Source: Clostridia bacterium
GTDB taxonomy: Bacteria; Bacillota; Clostridia; TANB77; CAG-508
DNA length: 59,787 nt
Assembly (NCBI GenBank): GCA_045531335.1
Contig: JAZSDU010000021.1
Span: 1 to 59,787 of the forward strand
Reading direction: 5' to 3'
Positions within the stretch are counted from its first letter, which is position 1; the number at the start of each line of letters is the position of its first letter. Of this stretch, positions 53,087 to 59,787 are shown one piece after another. A program made the translations under genes and the position numbers. The notes under the pieces were generated by a model. That model was given only the letters and a program-made list of their open reading frames with translations, was not told where the DNA came from and did not search any database.

Positions 53087-54376
53087 TTATCTTATAACTC
53101 TAGTTTTTAATCTTCTATTTTTTGACTTTCTTTGTTTATTCTTTAGATACAACCAACATAATAGTAATAAAAATAATATTTCTATAAACCTTATAAATGC
53201 TCTAGATTTTTTAACATCATTATTAGCTAAAAGATCAGCAGTATAATCTATACCTTCTACAGTATATTTAACAGAACCTATAACATCTCCTTTTTTTATT
53301 GGAGCTTTTAAATCCTCATTTAATGTAACTTCTGGAAGTATAGTGTTATTTTTATCTTCTTGTTTTATTAGTGCTGATATATCTTTACCTACAACAGCAT
53401 CTAATTTCTTTGTATCTCTAGTTGCGTTTTTAATATTAGTTGTATGAACTACTCCGCCAGATTTAATTATTTCTATCCAAGAATAAGTATCATATCCATA
53501 TTCAAATAAGTTTATAGTATCTAAATATCTTTGACTTAGCCCCTCATCTGTTTGCCCAGCTCCTAAAACTACTGTTAAAAATTTTAAACCATCTTTATCT
53601 GCTGAAGCAACTAAACAATTCTTGGCAGGAGTTGTAAATCCAGTTTTAATACCAGTTGCATATTTGTAATAATAATTATCTGCACGTTGATTGTTACTAT
53701 ATTGTAATAATGCATTTGTGTTTTGAAAAGCTCTGTCTTCTTTATCGTATTTATTTGTGGTAGGCAGTGTATATGAAGTAGTAGAAACTAAAGTTCTAAA
53801 AGTTTCGTTTTGCATTGCATACTTAGCTATTAAAGCTAAATCATATGCTGTAGAATAATGAGTTTCATCATGAACACCGTTTGGATTAATAAAATTAGTA
53901 GAAGTACAACCTAATTCTTTAGCTTTTTCATTCATTAATTTAGAAAATTCTTCTACAGACCCAGAAATATGTTCAGCAAGAACAATAGCAGCATCATTTG
54001 ACGAACCTACCATTAATACATATAGTAGTTGTTCGACTGTTAATTCTTCCCCAATTTGTAAATTTGCTGTTACATATCCAGAAGAAAGACTCATAACAGA
54101 TTCATAGCTAACAGTTGCAATATCATTTAATTCGCAATTTTCTAACACTATGATGGCAGTCATAACTTTAGTTAAACTTGCAGGATACATTTTAGTATAT
54201 ATATTTTTCTCGTATAATATTTTACCTGAGTTCAAATCCATTAATATTGCAGCAGGAGAATAAATATTAGGAGAGTTTTCTTCATTTGCTTGAACTATAG
54301 GAATAGAGGCTAAAGTTAAGCTTAATATTATAAATAAACTAATACAAATTTTTTTGAAACTTTTTATCATATACAT
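53087..54376 (-). CDS. D-alanyl-D-alanine carboxypeptidase (S11)
   Basis: PASLTK (SxxK), SSNDAA (SxN), KTG; signal peptide and C-terminal TM. Confidence 0.93.
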   Translation of the reverse strand: MYMIKSFKKICISLFIILSLTLASIPIVQANEENSPNIYSPAAILMDLNSGKILYEKNIYTKMYPASLTKVMTAIIVLENCELNDIATVSYESVMSLSSGYVTANLQIGEELTVEQLLYVLMVGSSNDAAIVLAEHISGSVEEFSKLMNEKAKELGCTSTNFINPNGVHDETHYSTAYDLALIAKYAMQNETFRTLVSTTSYTLPTTNKYDKEDRAFQNTNALLQYSNNQRADNYYYKYATGIKTGFTTPAKNCLVASADKDGLKFLTVVLGAGQTDEGLSQRYLDTINLFEYGYDTYSWIEIIKSGGVVHTTNIKNATRDTKKLDAVVGKDISALIKQEDKNNTILPEVTLNEDLKAPIKKGDVIGSVKYTVEGIDYTADLLANNDVKKSRAFIRFIEILFLLLLCWLYLKNKQRKSKNRRLKTRVIR

Positions 54377-54453
54377 TTCTCCCTCAAAATTTAAAATTCT
54401 ACTAATATAATATATTAAATTGTGAATGAAAACAATATTTTAGGAGGTTTTTT

Positions 54454-55095
54454 ATGGAAAATTTAAGTAAAAATCAAAAAATAATTTTAATTGTAATATT
54501 GATATTTATGATAATATTTATATGCTATTACATATTGAAAAAAACAGATAATTCTGAGTATGTTGAATTAGATGTAGAAGAAAACGTTTATGAGAATAGT
54601 AATAATGAAATTGAAGATAACTATGCACAAGTAGAAGAAAAAATTATTGTACATGTAATAGGTTCAGTAAAAATAAAAGGTATAGTTGAATTAGAAAGAG
54701 GAGCACGAATTTCTGATGTTATAGAAGCGGCAGGTGGGACAACAGAAGATGCAGACCTATCAAAAATTAATTTAGCATACGTAGTAGAAGATGGGCAAAA
54801 GATTTATGTACCTAATAAAAGTGATTCAGAAAGTATAAATAATGTAACAGAAGATGCAGGGTATAATGTAATAGAGCAGAACGACACCAGTTCTAATTTT
54901 GAAAAAGTAAATATAAACACAGCATCCCAAACAGAACTTGAAACACTAAATGGAATAGGTCCATCGACAGCATTAAAAATTATTAATTACAGAGATGAAA
55001 ATGGGGGTTTTGAAAAAATAGAAGATTTAAAAAATGTTCCAGGAATAGGTGAGGCAAAATATGAAAATTTAAAAGACAGTATTTGTGTGGAATGA
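54454..55095 (+). CDS. comEA: Competence DNA receptor ComEA
   Basis: TM, SLBB (VHVIGSV..GARI.D..AAGG, INLA..DGQKIYVP), HhH (VNINTA, LNGIGP, VPGIG). Confidence 0.92.
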   Translation: MENLSKNQKIILIVILIFMIIFICYYILKKTDNSEYVELDVEENVYENSNNEIEDNYAQVEEKIIVHVIGSVKIKGIVELERGARISDVIEAAGGTTEDADLSKINLAYVVEDGQKIYVPNKSDSESINNVTEDAGYNVIEQNDTSSNFEKVNINTASQTELETLNGIGPSTALKIINYRDENGGFEKIEDLKNVPGIGEAKYENLKDSICVE

Positions 55096-55267
55096 ATTAA
55101 GATAGGAAGGCAAATAAAAACTATACAATAAAATCATGTTATATTTTTGTATACAGTCAAAAACAACACTAGAACTTGACATTGTTCCAAAAATATTATA
55201 AATAGTATAAATAAAGAAAAATAAAGTACCAATATTTGAGATTTTGTATTTTAGAAAGGATTTTGTT

Positions 55268-57196
55268 ATGAAAAAAAGTGAATTTAAAAAGATGTTAAGA
55301 AAAGAAAAAAATCTAATTTTAAAAGATAGAAGGATTTTAAATGTATTATTTATTTTGGTTATTCCAATACTAATAATGGATGGATTAATACTTTTAGACC
55401 TTATAAACATGGACATACAAGCAGAAGTGCTTTTTATACATTGGATTATATATATGATAGGTTTTGCACCTGTATGTATTATAGATATAATGACAGATAG
55501 AAAAATAAATAAAATGTATAAAGAATATAGTGAAGGTAAAGATTATAAAGACACACAAAAAAGAATAAATAAGTCTTTTATTATTCTTTCAATACTACTT
55601 GTAATAGTAGCATCAGTAGAACAATTAGATTTTGCATATTCAGTTATAACAGAGAATAAACCAGTTTTATCTATAAAAGATAAAACTGAAAGTGAAAAAT
55701 ATTCTGAGAAATATGAATCTCTATTTTATGATTACTATAAAACAAGTGATGGTAATACATATATAAGAATGAAAAACTCTGAATTTGAAAGATTTTATGC
55801 TGAAAGAGTAACAATTGCTAAATATATTGAAAAGTTTAATAATAATTTAAAAGTGGCAAATATAGATAAGGAATTAGACATCTATGACTATATATATGTT
55901 GATGGAGAATATGCTTGGATTATAGAAGAAGGAAATATTGAGTTAAGGATAATGTTGGAAGAAGGAAAAATTGACCATGAAGATATAAAAGAAAAAGGAG
56001 TAGTATATTCTGCTTCTATAATATGCTTTGATAAAGAGAGTTATAAAGATGAATTTGAGCAATATTCAAAAATACTTATTGCTACAGATACTGATTGGTA
56101 TTCGGAGGAAGATATAAATAATATTTATGCGAAAGCAAATCAAGGTGAGCTTGAAAAAGGAGGGATTTACTATAACATTCTTGAAGGTAAAAATATTTTG
56201 TTATATGCAGAAAGATATTTGCAAGATTTAAAATATGATAATGAAAAATATGTTCATACATCATTAAAAGGGTCGTTGCAAGTAACATTACCAATTGATT
56301 ATGAAGGTATAGAAAAAGAAGAAGACGAATACGAATTAATATGTATAAACAGTGAAACCGGTGCTGAAATTTTTGCTAGTTACTATGTAAAAGATGCAGA
56401 AGAATATTTTTATATGACTGCAGAAGATGCATTGAACAAAATGGTAGAAGATTGCAACGCCAAGTTTACAAATATTCAAAAAATTACAGATGTAAATACA
56501 GTGATAGTTAACAATAAAGAAATGAAAGAAGTAACATATTCAGCTACATACAATGGTAATAGAATAATTTATAAAGTATCAGGGTTTAAGGTTGGAAAAA
56601 CTAATGAATATATTGTGGGTGTTTGCCATTTAATTGATGAAGAGCTATATGAAGACAAAAAAGAAGAGTTAGATAATATAAGGAATTCTATAAAAAACGA
56701 AATGGGAAATATGTATATAGGTGTAAAAGTTGCTAATGAAGAAGCTGTATATAAGAAGACGAATATAGAGGACTTGTTTAGTATAAATATTCCAACTTCT
56801 TTTAAAAAATTGAATGAAGAAGAAAAATCAAAAATGAATTGGCAAAACAATAATATTCCAGATATTGTTTATTTAAACCCAGCTTCTACGACATATATGG
56901 CTATAGAAATTGAACAATTAAAAGAAGATATAAATCTAGAGGATTATATAGAGCAAGTAGCATATCAAAGTTATTTGAAAGGTGGATTTCTAGGTAAAGA
57001 AATAAAGAAAATTAACGGAAATGATATAGGTATGGTAATAACCACAGCTGAGAATGAACAGATAGAAATGTATTGTCATTTTATAACATTTAAAAATAAA
57101 AATAATTATATAAGTGTAACTATATCAACTAGAAGAGACCTAATGTCACAATGGAATTGGGTTGCAGAAGAAATTATGGAGAGTATAGAGTTTTAG
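55268..57196 (+). CDS. Hypothetical membrane protein with large soluble domain
   Basis: Three N-terminal TMs, possible PsbP-like C-terminal repeats; ATG 55268 after AAAGGA. Confidence 0.65.
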   Translation: MKKSEFKKMLRKEKNLILKDRRILNVLFILVIPILIMDGLILLDLINMDIQAEVLFIHWIIYMIGFAPVCIIDIMTDRKINKMYKEYSEGKDYKDTQKRINKSFIILSILLVIVASVEQLDFAYSVITENKPVLSIKDKTESEKYSEKYESLFYDYYKTSDGNTYIRMKNSEFERFYAERVTIAKYIEKFNNNLKVANIDKELDIYDYIYVDGEYAWIIEEGNIELRIMLEEGKIDHEDIKEKGVVYSASIICFDKESYKDEFEQYSKILIATDTDWYSEEDINNIYAKANQGELEKGGIYYNILEGKNILLYAERYLQDLKYDNEKYVHTSLKGSLQVTLPIDYEGIEKEEDEYELICINSETGAEIFASYYVKDAEEYFYMTAEDALNKMVEDCNAKFTNIQKITDVNTVIVNNKEMKEVTYSATYNGNRIIYKVSGFKVGKTNEYIVGVCHLIDEELYEDKKEELDNIRNSIKNEMGNMYIGVKVANEEAVYKKTNIEDLFSINIPTSFKKLNEEEKSKMNWQNNNIPDIVYLNPASTTYMAIEIEQLKEDINLEDYIEQVAYQSYLKGGFLGKEIKKINGNDIGMVITTAENEQIEMYCHFITFKNKNNYISVTISTRRDLMSQWNWVAEEIMESIEF

Positions 57197-57249
57197 AAGA
57201 TAAAGATAAAAGGAAATTATGTAAAAATATTTCTTCTAAATACATATAA

Positions 57250-57279
57250 GTATAAAATTTACCTCTTTTGGAAATAATG
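57250..57279 (+). promoter_or_regulatory. sigma-F/G-type promoter upstream of sigG
   Basis: GTATA-15 nt-GGAAATAATG fits the GYATA-N15-GGnnAnAHTR consensus. Confidence 0.65.
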
Positions 57280-57313
57280 TGATTAACATTATATTCCAAA
57301 GGAGGTTTTTCAT

Positions 57314-57394
57314 TTGATTAACAAGGTTTTACTTAATGTTGTGAACGGAGTGAACTACAGAAAGTTAATCCGAATTAAAAGAAGAGAAACATAG
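57314..57394 (+). CDS. 26-aa leader ORF resembling the SigG N-terminus
   Basis: AAGGAGG RBS, TTG start; MINKVLLNVVNGVNYRKL.. versus SigG MINKVEICGVNTAKL. Confidence 0.45.
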   Translation: MINKVLLNVVNGVNYRKLIRIKRRET

Positions 57395-57434
57395 AATAAA
57401 TTTTCTTACATAAAGAAGGGAGGAAGTTTATTCT

Positions 57435-58208
57435 ATGATTAACAAGGTAGAAATATGCGGTGTGAATACTGCAAAATTACCTCTGCTATCAAATGAAGAA
57501 AAAAATGAACTATTAATAAAGATAAAAAATGGAGATAAAGATGCTAGAGAAGAATTTATAAATGGAAATTTAAGATTGGTTCTAAGTGTAGTACAACGTT
57601 TCGGAGGAAGAGGAGAAAATGCAGATGATTTATTTCAAATAGGATGTGTAGGATTAATAAAGGCAATAGACAATTTTGATATAAGTTTAAATGTACAATT
57701 TAGTACTTATGCAGTACCGATGATAATTGGGGAGATACGAAGATATTTAAGGGATAATAATCCCATAAGAGTTAGTAGATCTATAAGGGATTTAGCATAT
57801 AAAGCACTTCAAGCTAAAGAAAAACTTATCAAAGAGAATGAGAAAGAACCTACAATTGAGGAAATTGCAAAAGAAATAGGAGTAGATAAAGAAGAAATAG
57901 TAATGAGCTTAGATGCTATACAAGATCCGGTTTCGCTTCAAGAACCTATATATAATGAAGGAAGTGAAAGTATTTATATAATGGATCAAATAAAGGATAT
58001 TAAAAATACAGATGAATTATGGGCTGAAAATATAACTATTACAGAGGCTATGAAAAAATTAAATACTAGAGAAAAAACAATAATATCAAAAAGATTTTTT
58101 GATGGAAGAACTCAAATGGAAGTCGCAGAAGAAATAGGAATATCACAAGCACAAGTATCTAGACTGGAAAAAGGCGCAATAGAAAGAATAAAGAAACTAT
58201 ATAAATAG
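57435..58208 (+). CDS. sigG: Sporulation sigma factor G
   Basis: NKVEICGVNTAKLP, GNLRLVLSV, DDLFQIGCVGL, RVSRSIRDLAYKAL, GISQAQVSRLEK. Confidence 0.96.
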   Translation: MINKVEICGVNTAKLPLLSNEEKNELLIKIKNGDKDAREEFINGNLRLVLSVVQRFGGRGENADDLFQIGCVGLIKAIDNFDISLNVQFSTYAVPMIIGEIRRYLRDNNPIRVSRSIRDLAYKALQAKEKLIKENEKEPTIEEIAKEIGVDKEEIVMSLDAIQDPVSLQEPIYNEGSESIYIMDQIKDIKNTDELWAENITITEAMKKLNTREKTIISKRFFDGRTQMEVAEEIGISQAQVSRLEKGAIERIKKLYK

Positions 58209-58278
58209 ACAAAAGGGGACAGACCCCAAAAGTCTACTTTGAATTGCAGACTTTTGGGGTCTGTCCCCTTTTGTCTAT
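58205..58278. terminator. Perfect 31-bp inverted repeat, probable bidirectional terminator
   Basis: ATAGACAAAAGGGGACAGACCCCAAAAGTCT and its exact complement at 58248-58278; overlaps both stop codons. Confidence 0.85.
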
Positions 58279-58508
58279 ATTTCTACTAATATTACATCAT
58301 CGCCAATACAATGGATGTTTTGCCAGGGAATAACTATGTCATTATTATTTGAAAACATGCTAAGTAATTTTGTACTACCTGGAACAATAATAGAAGTAAT
58401 TACTCCACTATCTAAATCAGCAGTAACATCTTGAACAAATCCTAGCCTTTTTCCATCATTTATATTAATAACTTCTTTATGTTTAAAATCTAATCCTTTT
58501 GTTTTCAT
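58275..58508 (-). CDS. ylmC: YlmC/YmxH-family PRC-barrel sporulation protein
   Basis: KEVININDGKRLG.V.D, IPWQNI..IGDDVILV. Confidence 0.9.
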   Translation of the reverse strand: MKTKGLDFKHKEVININDGKRLGFVQDVTADLDSGVITSIIVPGSTKLLSMFSNNNDIVIPWQNIHCIGDDVILVEI

Positions 58509-58676
58509 ACATAACTCCTAAATATAATCTAATAAAAGTATATTCAGTAAGATATAAAAAATGTTACTATATTAATATAGAAGACAAATTGAAATTTATT
58601 GTTGAAATAATTGTTGCTAAATTAATAAAGTTGAATTATAATAAGTTTGAAAAAACATAATAAAGGTGGTAATTAT

Positions 58677-59384
58677 ATGGAATTTTTCGCAAATGAAGGT
58701 AAAAGTGTAGAAATAGAAGTTAATGGAGAGATATATTTGAGACATGCAATAAAAACTAGATTTGTTAAACAAGGCGAAAGCTATATAGATATATTTAAAG
58801 AATATGTAAGCCCTATATATCAAGACGGGGATATTATTTCTAGCAGTGAGAAAATAATAGCACTATGTCAAAATAGAGTTGTAAAAAGAGAAGATATAAA
58901 AATAGGATTTTGGGCAAAGTTCTTATCAAAGTTTGCATCAAAAACTACTGCAGGAATAGGCGTTGGAGAAACAATAAAAATGCAATATGCTATAGACACA
59001 GTAGGATTATTTAAGGTTTTATGGGCAAGTGTTGCAAGTGCTGTTACAAAGTTATTTGGGAAAAGAGGAGTTTTTTACGAGATAGTAGGACAAGAAGTGA
59101 GTGGCCTAGATGGATTCTATGACCATGTATGGAAAGAATATGGAGATATAGGAATTAAGATGCCAGAAAACGCAACAGGAGTATGCAATGAAATTAAAGA
59201 GAAATTAGGTATAAGCTGTATGATAGTAGATGCTAATGATTTAGGACAAGAAATTTTGGGACATTCTTCAGATATCAAATTAACAAAACAAGAATTGAAA
59301 GATTTGATAAAAGATAATCCGGCAGGACAAGGGAAAGAATTGACACCTATTATATTAATTAGAAAGAAAAAACAAGAGGAATAA
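58677..59384 (+). CDS. F420-0:gamma-glutamyl ligase (CofE)-like protein
   Basis: AIKTRFV, GDII..SEKIIA..Q, IVDANDLG, DNPAGQ....TPI. Start moved to ATG 58677. Confidence 0.7.
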   Translation: MEFFANEGKSVEIEVNGEIYLRHAIKTRFVKQGESYIDIFKEYVSPIYQDGDIISSSEKIIALCQNRVVKREDIKIGFWAKFLSKFASKTTAGIGVGETIKMQYAIDTVGLFKVLWASVASAVTKLFGKRGVFYEIVGQEVSGLDGFYDHVWKEYGDIGIKMPENATGVCNEIKEKLGISCMIVDANDLGQEILGHSSDIKLTKQELKDLIKDNPAGQGKELTPIILIRKKKQEE

Positions 59385-59412
59385 AATACCAGTAAAAAAA
59401 ATTAAAATTATG

Positions 59413-59680
59413 TTGACAAGATTTATAGAAAATGGTATTATAAGAATGTACCAAGTAAATATGAAGACATATTTTATATAATATATACAAAATATAAAAT
59501 TAGTAATATTTTAGGACACTTAAAATTAATCTTAGAACTGTAAAAATTGCTAATTTTTTTGTGCTCAAAAATATTAAAAAAATTTTAAAAAAAGTGTTGA
59601 CATTTAAAAACTTGGGTAGTATAATAATGAACGTTCCGCAAAAAGGGAACGCAAAAGTACATTGAAAAATAAACAATAAA
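59413..59680 (+). promoter_or_regulatory. Tandem sigma-A promoters and boxA-like motif; probable rRNA operon leader
   Basis: TTGACA-17-TATTAT (59413-59441), TTGACA-17-TATAAT (59597-59625), GTACATTGAAAAATAAACA at about 59657; no ORF. The rRNA itself is outside the window. Confidence 0.65.
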
Positions 59681-59787
59681 TTCCTTTAAGAGAATACTTT
59701 GAAGTATTCGTACTCAAAAAGAAGAATTGGAGAAAACCAAGCAAAAAAACGCAAGTGTAAAAAATGAGTTAGAAACTCTTAAAAATT

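Noticed and set aside
58677-59384. Coenzyme F420 biosynthesis
   Set aside because: Only a CofE-like fold is present, with no other cof/fbi genes in the window; the substrate is unknown.

Overview
Very AT-rich chromosomal window from a spore-forming Clostridia-like Firmicute (sigG, ylmC, yqgT-like and yhfW-like genes; lineage inferred). It starts at an IS481-family element and ends at tandem promoters with a boxA-like motif, probably an rRNA operon leader. It carries about 50 CDS, four tRNAs (Lys-CTT, Pro-TGG, Arg-ACG, Arg-TCT), a THF riboswitch upstream of a FolT-FolC fusion/ECF operon, a dimodular reductase-terminated NRPS beside a 7TM histidine kinase, an orphan VirD4 and competence genes. 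The most striking signal: six otherwise intact genes (virD4, ecfA, comM twice, dprA, a DUF5711-like gene, cvpA) break at an in-frame CGG, and skipping that C restores a Gly codon and the full-length protein. This suggests CGG acts as a +1 recoding (quadruplet-like) signal, although a systematic sequencing artefact is not excluded. The second signal: two tRNA genes are each followed by integrase-free gene cassettes delimited by repeats that contain the tRNA 3' end, and one array holds orphan toxin-immunity genes. All calls are by eye, without database searches.
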